From a virus: a DNA stretch of 64,000 nucleotides. The DNA is taken from positions 6,652-70,651 of IMG/VR virus record IMGVR_UViG_3300025664_000001; one strand, given 5' to 3'. Position 1 is the first letter of the stretch, and every line of letters begins with the position of its first letter. Shown here in pieces: positions 30,127 through 39,771 of this stretch. The notes beneath the pieces are model-generated. The model worked only from the letters and a program-made list of their open reading frames with translations, had not been told where the DNA came from and did no database searches. Both the position numbers and the translations under genes were made by a program.

Positions 30127-31326
30127 ATGTCCCGCACGATCATGCGTGCCATCAAGCTCGACGAAATTAGCGCGGTGGACAACCCCGCGCAGGAAGGCGC
30201 GCGTGCGACGATTGTCAAGCGCGCCCCTCCGATCAAGAAAGACGCGCAGACGAAGACGCAAGACGGAGAGGAATTTCCGAAAGGGGATTTCGCCTATACC
30301 CCGGACTCGACGGACCCGAGCACTTGGAAGCTTCGGACCACGTCCACTCCGGGAGGCAGTCCGGACGCTGATATCGTAGGCGCGGCGGCAGCGGCACTCT
30401 CGCCCGGTGGCTTTCGTGGCCAGAAGGTACAGATTCCCGAAGCTGATCGCCCCGGTGTCGTGGCCAAAGTGCGGGCCGCGTGGATCAAATCCAACCCGGA
30501 CAAAACCGAATCTGACATGCCGACTTCGCTCACGAAGTCCGGCGACGAACAGGAGAGTACCATGCCGATCAATGCCAACGAGAAGCCGGAAGATGCCATC
30601 AAGCGTCTTGACGGTGAAGTAAAGGCCGCCGCCGAGAAGGCCGCGACCGCCGAGAAGAACGCCAAAGAGCAGGCGACCGTCGCCAAGCTCAACGACGTTG
30701 CGAAGAAAGCTTTCGGCGACATGACCACTCAAGAGAAGGTGGCGTTCCATAACGCATCTTCCGAGGATCAAGAGGCCATGCTCGCCAAGGCCGTCGCCAA
30801 GTCCAGCGATGCCAACCCGGTCATCTACAAGGCCGTTGATGGCGTCGAGTACCGCAAGAACGATGACCCGCGCATGGTCGCGCTGGCCAAGCGTGCGGAC
30901 GAGTCGGACAAGGCTTCCCGCGAGAGCGTCGAGAAGGCCGCGAACGCGGACTTCGCAAAGCGCGCTGGCACCGAACTCGCCAACCTCCCCGGCGACGAAG
31001 TCGTGAAGGTTGCAGTCCTGAAGGCCGTCGAAGGCATCAAGGACGAAGCCGCCAAGAAGGGCGCGCTCGCGCTGCTCAAGGCCGGCAACACCGCCATGAA
31101 GGGCGCGTTCGTCCGTAAGGGCGCTGGCGTCGATAAGGCCGGCGAGACTGCCGACGAGTCGACTCAGGATGGCGCCGAAGCCAAGATCGACACTCTGGCC
31201 AAGGCCATTGTCGAGAAGAGCGCCGGCAAGACCAGCTACGCCGCTGCGTACACGAAGGTTCTCGAAGAGAACCCCGACCTGTACGAAATCGCCACGGGTG
31301 GCGATGCAAACGAAGACAGCGAGTAG
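30127..31326 (+). CDS. scaffold protein with N-terminal protease strand (LDEISAVDNPAQ) and FAY.PD..PSTWKL domain
   Basis: Ala/Lys/Glu-rich helical body, many hydrophobic-x-K-A/S sites, upstream of capsid genes. Confidence 0.75.
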   Translation: MSRTIMRAIKLDEISAVDNPAQEGARATIVKRAPPIKKDAQTKTQDGEEFPKGDFAYTPDSTDPSTWKLRTTSTPGGSPDADIVGAAAAALSPGGFRGQKVQIPEADRPGVVAKVRAAWIKSNPDKTESDMPTSLTKSGDEQESTMPINANEKPEDAIKRLDGEVKAAAEKAATAEKNAKEQATVAKLNDVAKKAFGDMTTQEKVAFHNASSEDQEAMLAKAVAKSSDANPVIYKAVDGVEYRKNDDPRMVALAKRADESDKASRESVEKAANADFAKRAGTELANLPGDEVVKVAVLKAVEGIKDEAAKKGALALLKAGNTAMKGAFVRKGAGVDKAGETADESTQDGAEAKIDTLAKAIVEKSAGKTSYAAAYTKVLEENPDLYEIATGGDANEDSE

Positions 31327-31459
31327 TCGTCACTGAAGATTTCCCCGCGCCTTCGGGCGCGGGGCTCTGCACTACCGGGCAATTCGGCACGAGGGATTCC
31401 TTCTCTCCGCCCGGGGCCACGGGTAAAAGAACAAGAACCACGGTCTCAGGAGAAAACCC

Positions 31460-31843
31460 ATGAGCCTCGAACAGAATCTCACGAACGTTTCCATCCTCGC
31501 GGGTGAAGACCTGTCTGCCGGGCAGTACCTCGGCGTGGCTGTTGCCACTGACAACACTGGCGTCAAGCGCGTTGCGACGCTGGGTGCTCAGGGCGTTGGC
31601 ATTCTCCAGAATGCTCCCGTCTCTGGCCAGCCGGCTTCCGTCGGCATTGTCGGCATCTCGAAAGCTATCGTTGGCGTGGGCGACGTTGCCTCTGCCGGCC
31701 TGAAGCTTCAGTTCGATGCCGCCGGCAAGGTCATCGCTTGGGCCACTGCCGGTCACTATGCTTGTGGCGTCTCGCTTGATGCGGGCGTTGCGGGTGTCGT
31801 GATCCGCGTGTTGCTCGGCTCGGCCCCGGCTCAGGCGACCTAG
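31460..31843 (+). CDS. capsid decoration/cement protein
   Basis: small Gly/Ala/Val beta protein directly upstream of the MCP; GILQNAP, G..I.VLL. Confidence 0.75.
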   Translation: MSLEQNLTNVSILAGEDLSAGQYLGVAVATDNTGVKRVATLGAQGVGILQNAPVSGQPASVGIVGISKAIVGVGDVASAGLKLQFDAAGKVIAWATAGHYACGVSLDAGVAGVVIRVLLGSAPAQAT

Positions 31844-31895
31844 TCGTCCAGAGCAAGCCACAAGAACAAGAACAAGAAGAGAAGGAATCTTCACC

Positions 31896-32921
31896 ATGGT
31901 TTCCCGCATGAAAAAGGGTCGCTTCTACAAGAGCAACCCGACTCAGGGCGACGTTCACGTCAATGCCCCGCTTACGAACATCTCCATCGCGTTCCTTCAG
32001 AGCGCGTCGGCGTTCGTAGCCGATCAGGTGTTCCCGAACATTCCGGTTTCGTTCCAGAGCGACCGCTACTACACCTACGACCGCGGCTACTTCAACCGCG
32101 ACGAGATGGCGAAGCGCGCCGAAGGCACGGAGTCCGCAGGTTCGGGCTACAAGATCGACAATACCCCGACCTACTTCGCCGACGTGTGGGCGTTCCATCA
32201 CGACATTTCGGACCAGCGCCGCGCGAACAGCGATACGGTGCTTCAGCCCGACATGGAAGCGACGAACCTCGTCACCGGCAAGGCGCTTCTCAAGCGTGAG
32301 AAGACTTGGGTCGCGAACTACTTCGTGGCCGGCAAGTGGACCGCCGACTACACTGGCGTTGCTTCTGCCGAAGATAACGTCACGACCTTCCGTCAGTGGA
32401 ACGATGCCAACTCGACGCCCATCGAAGACCTTCGCGCTGCAAAGACGAACGTCCTCGAACTGACCGGCTTCGAGCCGAACACTCTGGTCATCGGCCAGCG
32501 CGTGTTCGACAAGCTGATCGACCACCCGGACATTGTGGACCGTGTCAAGTACGGCCAGACCGCTCCCGGCCCGGCCATGATTGACGTGGCCGAACTCGTC
32601 GCCCTGTTCAAGATTCCCCGCATCTTCGTGATGAAGGCAATCGAGAATACGGCAGCGGAAGGCGCGTCCAACGTCCACTCGTTCATCGGTGGCAAGAAGG
32701 CGTTCCTCTGCTACGCAGCCCCGGCTCCCGGTCTCCAGACCCCGACCGCCGGCTACACGTTCTCGTGGACCGGAATGTTCGGCGCCGCGAACAACGGCCA
32801 GCGTATCAAGCGCTTCCGTCTGGAGCGCATCGCGTCCGACCGCGTCGAAATCGAGATGGCGTACGTCCAGTCGCTTATCTCGGCCGACCTTGGCGCGTTC
32901 TGGGATACCATCGTCGCGTAA
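31896..32921 (+). CDS. major capsid protein
   Basis: VHVNAPLTNISIA, FVADQVFP..PV, PNTLV, P.AGYTF motifs; strong codon bias. Confidence 0.9.
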   Translation: MVSRMKKGRFYKSNPTQGDVHVNAPLTNISIAFLQSASAFVADQVFPNIPVSFQSDRYYTYDRGYFNRDEMAKRAEGTESAGSGYKIDNTPTYFADVWAFHHDISDQRRANSDTVLQPDMEATNLVTGKALLKREKTWVANYFVAGKWTADYTGVASAEDNVTTFRQWNDANSTPIEDLRAAKTNVLELTGFEPNTLVIGQRVFDKLIDHPDIVDRVKYGQTAPGPAMIDVAELVALFKIPRIFVMKAIENTAAEGASNVHSFIGGKKAFLCYAAPAPGLQTPTAGYTFSWTGMFGAANNGQRIKRFRLERIASDRVEIEMAYVQSLISADLGAFWDTIVA

Positions 32922-32943
32922 GAACGACGAGGCTACAAGAACT

Positions 32944-32976
32944 CCCCGCTCCCTTACGAGGGGGCGGGGCTCTTTT
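32944..32976 (+). terminator. intrinsic terminator after the MCP gene
   Basis: CCCCGCTCCCT-TACG-AGGGGGCGGGG followed by CTCTTTT. Confidence 0.7.
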
Positions 32977-33015
32977 CGACCACGCTGAATGATTTTCGAC
33001 CCGGGAGTAAATCAC

Positions 33016-33288
33016 ATGGCGAAAGTTCGCCCGCCCTTCACCCTCGCAGACCGCTACTTGGTTCTGCGCCCGTTCACCTACGACGCGATTCCGTTCGTGT
33101 CGGGTGACGCCTTCGTCCCCAAGATCGTCGGATGCACCGAAGAGAAGCTGCGCAAGCTCTACGAGAAGCGCAACCTTCAACTCGTTTCCGGCATGGCGGA
33201 CAAGTACACTTTCTCCAGCCGCATCAAGGCGCTGCTCGGAGACAACGGTACTCCGGTCGCTGCAACGCCGGAGCACGCCGCGGCCTAG
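33016..33288 (+). CDS. hypothetical protein
   Basis: GGAG RBS. Confidence 0.6.
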   Translation: MAKVRPPFTLADRYLVLRPFTYDAIPFVSGDAFVPKIVGCTEEKLRKLYEKRNLQLVSGMADKYTFSSRIKALLGDNGTPVAATPEHAAA

Positions 33289-33290
33289 CC

Positions 33291-33683
33291 GTGAGCGAGA
33301 ACACTGACGCAGCGGCGCTCACCATCAAGGTGCTCGCCGACTGGAGCACTCGCCAAGTGGCGGGGCTGATGTTGAACATTACGAGCGAGCTTATCCACAC
33401 GACCCCGATTGATACCGGGTGGGCTCGTTCGAACTGGGTTCCTTCTATCGGCGAGCCGTTCCTTGGCGACGTTGGAAAGAAGGGTCCGAACGACGCCGGG
33501 CCTCAGAGCGATGGCGAGTCGGCGCTGGCAGGGTACACGAACTTCGCGATGGGGGATATCTTCATCACGAACAACGTGCCGTACATTCAGGTGCTCAACG
33601 CTGGGCACTCTAAGCAAGCCCCCGCCGGGTTCGTTGAGGCGGCAGTTGAACGTGGATTGGCGACGACCGACGGAGTGCAGTAG
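33291..33683 (+). CDS. HK97 gp10-like tail completion/neck protein
   Basis: TPIDTGWARSNW, NNVPYI..LN.GHSKQAPAG; GTG start. Confidence 0.85.
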   Translation: MSENTDAAALTIKVLADWSTRQVAGLMLNITSELIHTTPIDTGWARSNWVPSIGEPFLGDVGKKGPNDAGPQSDGESALAGYTNFAMGDIFITNNVPYIQVLNAGHSKQAPAGFVEAAVERGLATTDGVQ

Positions 33684-34094
33684 ATGACTCCGAATCAGGC
33701 TCGCGAGATTTTGTACGAGGCTTTTACGTCCGGTTGGAACTCTACGTCGATTCCTTTCACGTTCGACGATGAAGAATTCAACCCGCCGGCAAAGACCCCG
33801 TGCTGGGTGCGCTTCGTTGTCCGCCACATGCTCGTGACGCAGGACACGCTCGGGCCGCCCGGTGGACGCAAGTTCGCGGCCAGTGGCCGCATCTACCTTC
33901 AGGTGTTTGTCCCGCGGGGCAGTGCCAAGAAGGATTCGGACGCCGCCGTGCTCACGTTCAAGGGCATCATGGAGGCGAAACAGTTGAGCGGCATCAACAC
34001 GTTCTCAGCGACCCCGCGAGAACTTGGGGATGACGCAAACGGATGGGACCAGACTTCGGTCGAAGTTCCCTTCACCTACTACGACACGAAATAG
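33684..34094 (+). CDS. tail terminator protein
   Basis: F.PP...WVR, G...QVF.P.G, V.VPF motifs. Confidence 0.8.
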   Translation: MTPNQAREILYEAFTSGWNSTSIPFTFDDEEFNPPAKTPCWVRFVVRHMLVTQDTLGPPGGRKFAASGRIYLQVFVPRGSAKKDSDAAVLTFKGIMEAKQLSGINTFSATPRELGDDANGWDQTSVEVPFTYYDTK

Positions 34095-34103
34095 GAGTCC
34101 CCC

Positions 34104-35981
34104 ATGGGTCGCGTTCTTACCAACCTCACCGGCTTCGCCTTCGCCGCCGAATTGACTCCGGGCGTGCTCCCCGCGTCCCCCGTCTGGAAGCGTATCGAGC
34201 CGAACTCGATCACGACTTTTGGCGCCGTCATCAAGACCGTCGCCCGCAAGCCCATCAGCAAGAACCGGCAGAACCGGAAGGGCACCGTCACCGATTTGGA
34301 CAGCAACGTCGCCTTCGTCGCGGACGCCACGCTCGATCTGATCGGCGATTTCTTCCCGAGCTTCTTGTTCTCGAAGGCGCATGGTGGCACCGTCTTGCAC
34401 CCGTATTCGGCAGTTGCCTCGACCCACAAGTTCAACGTCGTTGACGTTGACAGCCCGGCCGTCGATTACATCAAGGTCGGAAGCCTGATGTACGTTCGCG
34501 GATTCGTGAACGCCTCGAACAACGGCCTGAAGAGCGTCGCCACCGTCGCCGCCGCGGTCGCCGCGTCGAAGGTGTTCACCGTCGCCGCCGGCAACGCCAG
34601 CGATGGCGACACCGTCAGCATCAACGGCGTCGTCTACCGCTTTGAGTCCACGCCGTCGGCGATCAACGATATTCAGATCGGCGGCACCATCATCCTTACG
34701 GGCACGCATCTGGCCAAGGCCCTCAACGGCACCGGCCTTGCTGGCACCGACTACTTCGCCGGCACCGTCTCGCCGGCCGCCGCCGTTACCGCGACCGACA
34801 ATGGTGACGGCACTGTCACCGTGACCGCTCGTACCGCGGGCGTAGTTGGCAATGCCATCATCATTGCCAAGGCTGGCACGAACATTTCGTGGGCCGGCGC
34901 CGCGGTGCTGCTCTCGGGCGGTGTGGACTTTTACTTCACCGTCAGCGAGACCTTGGTTGACGAAAGCGTTGCTGACTCGCTCAACGCGACGGCAGAGCTT
35001 GCCGGCTTCAAGGGCGCCGCGACCGATCTGTCTATCGACTCCTCGGGAAACCTCAATTCGCTTGCTCTCGACTTCACCACGTTCGGGATCATCCCGGGCG
35101 CCGCGATATTCGTTGGCAACGGCGTCAACGATTCGACTCATAGCTTCGCGACGGCAGCGGACAACGGCTTCGCGCGCGTTCTCGTGGTCGCTGCGACCAA
35201 GCTCACGCTCGACAAGCAACTGGTTCCGTTCACCACGGACGCCGGCACTGGCAAGACGATCTACCTGCTCTTCGGACGCTTTCTGCGCAACGTGCCGATT
35301 GGCGATGCCGACTACTCGGAAATCACCTACCAGTTCGAGGGCACGTTCCCGAACATCGGGCCGACTCTGGAGACTCAGTACGAGTACGCCATCGGCAACG
35401 AGTGCAACAACATCAGCATCGATCTGCCGCTGACGAACAAGGCGACGATCACCTACTCGTTCGTCGGCAAGGACGTTGAGACGTTCACCGATTCCCAGAA
35501 GACGAACGCCGCGAACGCCCGCGCCCCGGTCGAGACTTCGGCTCTCAGCACGACCGCCGATATCGCCCGCTTGCGCGTGACGAAGACCGATGCCACCGGC
35601 CTCACCACCGACTTCAAGTCGCTGAAGCTCGATATCAACAACCAAGCGACCCCGGAGAAGGTTCTGGGCCAGCTTGGCGGCAAGTACACGAACGTCGGCA
35701 TCATGGACGTGGGCATCACCGCGTCGCTGATCTTCACCGACCCGGACGTGATCGCGGCCATCCGTGCGAACACGACCGTCACCATGGACTTCGCCATTCA
35801 GAACGCCGACGGCGGCGCCTTCTTCGACATTCCCGCCATGACGCTTGGCGGCGGTGCGCTCAGCTTCCCGTTGAACCAGTCCGTGCTTCTCGCATCGACT
35901 GGCGCTGCTTTCGCCGACCCGACGCTCAACACGTCCATCGGCGTTTCCCTCTTCCCGTATCTGCCGGCCATTGGTTCGTAA
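34104..35981 (+). CDS. major tail tube protein with inserted accessory domain
   Basis: E.TPG..P, R.PI...RQ..KG.VTDLD; position before the chaperones. Confidence 0.85.
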   Translation: MGRVLTNLTGFAFAAELTPGVLPASPVWKRIEPNSITTFGAVIKTVARKPISKNRQNRKGTVTDLDSNVAFVADATLDLIGDFFPSFLFSKAHGGTVLHPYSAVASTHKFNVVDVDSPAVDYIKVGSLMYVRGFVNASNNGLKSVATVAAAVAASKVFTVAAGNASDGDTVSINGVVYRFESTPSAINDIQIGGTIILTGTHLAKALNGTGLAGTDYFAGTVSPAAAVTATDNGDGTVTVTARTAGVVGNAIIIAKAGTNISWAGAAVLLSGGVDFYFTVSETLVDESVADSLNATAELAGFKGAATDLSIDSSGNLNSLALDFTTFGIIPGAAIFVGNGVNDSTHSFATAADNGFARVLVVAATKLTLDKQLVPFTTDAGTGKTIYLLFGRFLRNVPIGDADYSEITYQFEGTFPNIGPTLETQYEYAIGNECNNISIDLPLTNKATITYSFVGKDVETFTDSQKTNAANARAPVETSALSTTADIARLRVTKTDATGLTTDFKSLKLDINNQATPEKVLGQLGGKYTNVGIMDVGITASLIFTDPDVIAAIRANTTVTMDFAIQNADGGAFFDIPAMTLGGGALSFPLNQSVLLASTGAAFADPTLNTSIGVSLFPYLPAIGS

Positions 35982-36106
35982 GAAGCCAGCCGGCTTAAGG
36001 GAAGTCCAGCGCGCGGACATAGACCGGCGCCGTGGTCTCTCGGGTCGAGGATCACGGCGCCGCGTCGGCGCGTAATCGACCCATCGACCCAAGAGAGACC
36101 CGACCC

Positions 36107-36544
36107 ATGCCTATCGATTTTTCGAAGATCAAGGCGCTCGAAATCACGGGCGTTGAGACCGCGGACTTCACCTTCACTGAGTTGTCGTCCGAGCCCAAGC
36201 TCACTGTCCGCCCCGCGGCGGAAGCCAACGCCCCCTTCTGGAATGCCGTCGTCAAGGACTCCAACCGTGCGCTTAAGGGCGTGCAGACGAAGAACGTGAC
36301 CCCGGCGCTGATGCGCGAAGTGCGCAAGGCGGACATACTGCGCTACTCCCTCTTCATCGTTGTGGGCTGGGAAAACGTGCAGGATGCCAGTGGGGCCACC
36401 GTGCCGTTCTCGCAAGAGAACGTGCTGGAGTTTCTGACGGCGTTGCCCGACCGCTACTTCGACCAGCTTCGCCAGTTCGCCGGCAACGCCGACAACTTCG
36501 TGCAGCCGGCGCCGGCCGTCGAGGAAGCCCCCCTAAAAAACTAA
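36107..36544 (+). CDS. tail assembly chaperone (G)
   Basis: GWENV.D...F..EN motif; slippery site at the 3' end. Confidence 0.85.
   Translation: MPIDFSKIKALEITGVETADFTFTELSSEPKLTVRPAAEANAPFWNAVVKDSNRALKGVQTKNVTPALMREVRKADILRYSLFIVVGWENVQDASGATVPFSQENVLEFLTALPDRYFDQLRQFAGNADNFVQPAPAVEEAPLKN
36535..36541 (+). other. -1 programmed frameshift site A AAA AAC
   Basis: X XXY YYZ heptamer in frame before TAA; the -1 frame is open to 36870. Confidence 0.85.
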
Positions 36545-36870
36545 CGGAACGCCTTCTCTGGGAGTTGCGGTTCCATAAGGAACACTTCTCCCTCGTTGTG
36601 GGGGAGGCGAAGGGGCGTGAACCGCCCGCATGGTTTGTGAACCAGCCCGCCGTTGACCCGGTGGGCCGGTTTTACATTGACTCGTTCACGGAGTTGAGCA
36701 CTGACCGGGCCGGCCCGGGCCAGCTTATCCCGCGTTGGAGCTTGGCCGACTTTGCCGAGAAAGCTGGGCTAGACTGTGATGCGGCCCGAATCTTTGGGTC
36801 TGTTATCCGCCGTCTTGATCTAGCCTATCTGGACTGGGTCAAGGCTCAGCAACCTCCGCCGCCGAGTTAG
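36541..36870 (+). CDS. tail chaperone frameshift extension (T part of G-T)
   Basis: -1 frame ORF without its own good start; F.ELSTDR..IP motif. Confidence 0.8.
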   Translation, partial: LTERLLWELRFHKEHFSLVVGEAKGREPPAWFVNQPAVDPVGRFYIDSFTELSTDRAGPGQLIPRWSLADFAEKAGLDCDAARIFGSVIRRLDLAYLDWVKAQQPPPPS

Positions 36871-36873
36871 CCC

Positions 36874-39771
36874 GTGACCGACTATAACCTGACCGTCAAG
36901 GCCGATGTGTCCGCGGCGACTGCGTCCGTCGCGGAACTCAACGACCAGATTGAAGGGCTTGCCACGTCCTCTGACGCGGCGGGCGAGTCTGCGTCGGCCA
37001 TTGGCGCCAACCTCGCGCAATCGGCCTCTGAAGCTACCCCCGCGGTCTCTGCCGTCAACGACGGCGTCGCCAAGCTCTCCCAGTCTCTTCAGAGCATGCA
37101 ACAGTTCGCCGGGCAGGCGTTCGCCTTTGTCGGGGTGAGCCTTGGCGTCGATGCGCTGATTCACATGAACGACGCCGCGATCACGGCGTCGAATGCTTTG
37201 CACTCGTTGACTAACTCGACCGAAGCATACAATCAGGTCAGCAAAGATTTGCTGGGCATCGCTGATCAATCGCGTCAGAGTTTCGACGGCGTCGTGAGTC
37301 TTTACCAGCGGGTAGACAACGCGACGCAAGGGATGCACGTCTCGTCGAGCAACTTGCTGCTGATCACCCAGACCCTTACGGAAGCCCTGTCGCTTAGCGG
37401 CCAGTCGGCCGAGGGCGGCGGCCGAGCGATCTTGGGGCTGACTCTTGCTATGCAAGGTGGCGCGGCGGGTGGCGCTCGCTTGGGACTGACCCTTCAGCGT
37501 TTCCAACCGTTGCTTGCGGCCATGGAAGAGTCTTCGCACAAGACCGCGGCCGAGCTTAGTAAGCTCGTTGGGCCGGAGCTAATCACGGCCATTGAGAAAG
37601 CGTCTGGCGCCCTCAACGATGCTTTTGTCGCCGGGTTCATTCCGGTCAATCAGGCGATGACGGTTTTCAAAAACAATTTCGCGGATGCGTTCACGGACCT
37701 TGGCAACAAGACGGGGGCTTTTCAGGCGTTGTCGGACGTGATCATTGTCCTTGCGAATCATATGTCCATCGTCTTGCCGATTATTCTCGCGCTCGGCGGA
37801 GCGTTGGCAACACTGACCATCGTGGCGGGTGTCTCGACGGCGTTCGATGTTCTGTCCACCGCGGCTACCGCCTTGAAGGACACGTTCTGGGCACTCAACG
37901 CTTCGCTGCTCGCGAACCCGTTCGTTCTTATTGCCGCTGGTCTCACGCTTCTTATTCTTGCCATCCCTAACCTGTCGGGTGCAGTCGAAACTTTGCTCGG
38001 GTGGTTCAAAGAACTCGGGGATTGGTTCGACAACAACATCTTGCCCGGCCTCAAGCTTATCGCCCAAGGCTTCGGCTACTTCATTCAGATTTTGATTCCC
38101 GGCATAAACATTCTGAGGGACGTGGTCAACCTTCTCGCCTACCTCACGGGGAACATCAAGGACAACGTGGAAGCGCTTGGCAAGGGGGCTACCGGGTTCA
38201 CTCAGTTTGGCGACGCTGCCGGGCACGCCATGGCCTCGCTTAACGCGCTGACCAAAGCTCAAACGGCCACGACTACGGCCACGACGAATCAGACCGCGGC
38301 TAACCACGGCCTGACGACCGGAATGAACGGAGACCAATACTACATCGATCAGTACGGCAAGTGGCAGGAGACTCTTGCGAGTCAGATCAACGATACGAAC
38401 AAGGCTTTGGCGGCGCAGATTAAGCTCGACGCCGCGCTCGCCGCCGCTGCCAAGGAGTCGAACGTTGGGGCTTCTGTTCTTTCGCTCCAGTCGGGCAACA
38501 GCTACGTCAACACGTACGAAGGGGAGTACAGCGGCTTTGCGTCTGGCGGCAACATGCCGGCGGGGCAGATCGCCATGGTGGGCGAGAACGGCCCCGAGCT
38601 TATCGTTCCCTCGACGAGCGGCATCGTCGTGCCGGCGACCACGACCGAAACGATTATGAAGCTGGCGAAGACGCTGGCCTCGACGATCTTCGCGCAGAAC
38701 ACTAGCACTCTCGATCCGATCACGGGACTGCCTACTGGCCTGACGCCCGCGGGCTCCAGCGCGTATCAGGCTGGCAACTCTACCTTTGCTCAGCTTGGCG
38801 CACTACAGAATGTTTTCGGTGGCGGCTTTGGCAACGGCACCGGAGCGTCCGGCGCCGCAGGCGGCCCGAACATTGGCACGCCTGACATTCTGCCGAAGGA
38901 TTCTACGTACACTGTTTCGCAACTCTCGACCGCGTTTGCGAACAGCCTCTTCCAGACGGAAGCCAACGAAGTCAATCTTGGCGTGCAGGCCGGGCAGATC
39001 ACGGGCGCGCAGGGGACGGCCATCTCTCAAGTGCTGAGTGAATCCATCGCGGACTGGCAGACCTATCAGGCCAAAGGCCCCGATCTGACGGGTCTCTACG
39101 CCGGGAGCAACGGCTTTTACGGCTACTTCAAGGACGTGCGGAAAATGATCAGCCAATACTCGTGGCTGAAGAACTTCGTCGGTCAAGCGTTCGGCGCGCA
39201 ATTCGCTGCCGGCATCATGGACCCGGCGCCGGTTACGGCAACCAGTTCGAGCACCGCCGGCACTTCTTCTGGGGTGTCCGACTCCGTGTCCGGGGCGCAG
39301 GCAACTCTTGCTGCCCACATTGCGGACGGTTCGTGGCAGTGGAGCAATACCACCGCTCTCATGCCGAACGGCCTCGATATTCGCGAAGTGTTGCAGGTGA
39401 AAGAATCCATCGGCGGCACTCCGCAATGGGTTGACGCGCACGACGTTGGCTTGTATCAATACGATCAGTTCGCCCCGTCCCCCGGCTTCGTAGTGACGAA
39501 CGCCGGCAAGTTTGCGACCGGCGGCCAGTTCAACGTCGGCGGAGCGGGCGGCACGGACAGTCAGCTTGTGCAGTTCCTTGCGTCGCCCGACGAGACGGTG
39601 ACGGTGCAGACCCCTTCCCAGCGTAAGAGCATGGCGGAGGCCACCGCTGGCGTCACTGTGAACATGACCATCAACACCCCGGACGCGAATAGCTTCGGCA
39701 AGAGCCAGACCCAGATCATCAACAGTCTGAAAATTCAACTCGATCAGATCACCGCGCGAGTGAACCAGTAA
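36874..39771 (+). CDS. tape measure protein
   Basis: tape-measure N-domain, ANPF.LI helical/TM region, FASGG...VGENGPEL. Confidence 0.92.
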   Translation: MTDYNLTVKADVSAATASVAELNDQIEGLATSSDAAGESASAIGANLAQSASEATPAVSAVNDGVAKLSQSLQSMQQFAGQAFAFVGVSLGVDALIHMNDAAITASNALHSLTNSTEAYNQVSKDLLGIADQSRQSFDGVVSLYQRVDNATQGMHVSSSNLLLITQTLTEALSLSGQSAEGGGRAILGLTLAMQGGAAGGARLGLTLQRFQPLLAAMEESSHKTAAELSKLVGPELITAIEKASGALNDAFVAGFIPVNQAMTVFKNNFADAFTDLGNKTGAFQALSDVIIVLANHMSIVLPIILALGGALATLTIVAGVSTAFDVLSTAATALKDTFWALNASLLANPFVLIAAGLTLLILAIPNLSGAVETLLGWFKELGDWFDNNILPGLKLIAQGFGYFIQILIPGINILRDVVNLLAYLTGNIKDNVEALGKGATGFTQFGDAAGHAMASLNALTKAQTATTTATTNQTAANHGLTTGMNGDQYYIDQYGKWQETLASQINDTNKALAAQIKLDAALAAAAKESNVGASVLSLQSGNSYVNTYEGEYSGFASGGNMPAGQIAMVGENGPELIVPSTSGIVVPATTTETIMKLAKTLASTIFAQNTSTLDPITGLPTGLTPAGSSAYQAGNSTFAQLGALQNVFGGGFGNGTGASGAAGGPNIGTPDILPKDSTYTVSQLSTAFANSLFQTEANEVNLGVQAGQITGAQGTAISQVLSESIADWQTYQAKGPDLTGLYAGSNGFYGYFKDVRKMISQYSWLKNFVGQAFGAQFAAGIMDPAPVTATSSSTAGTSSGVSDSVSGAQATLAAHIADGSWQWSNTTALMPNGLDIREVLQVKESIGGTPQWVDAHDVGLYQYDQFAPSPGFVVTNAGKFATGGQFNVGGAGGTDSQLVQFLASPDETVTVQTPSQRKSMAEATAGVTVNMTINTPDANSFGKSQTQIINSLKIQLDQITARVNQ

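Noticed and set aside
34005-36092. Long antisense ORFs (also 14136-15608, 41994-43430, 54477-55766, 57212-58486)
   Set aside because: Shadow frames produced by high GC3 codon bias opposite clearly identifiable genes
36535-36541. Frameshift as a novelty or sequencing error
   Set aside because: Canonical G/G-T tail chaperone -1 frameshift, expected in siphophages
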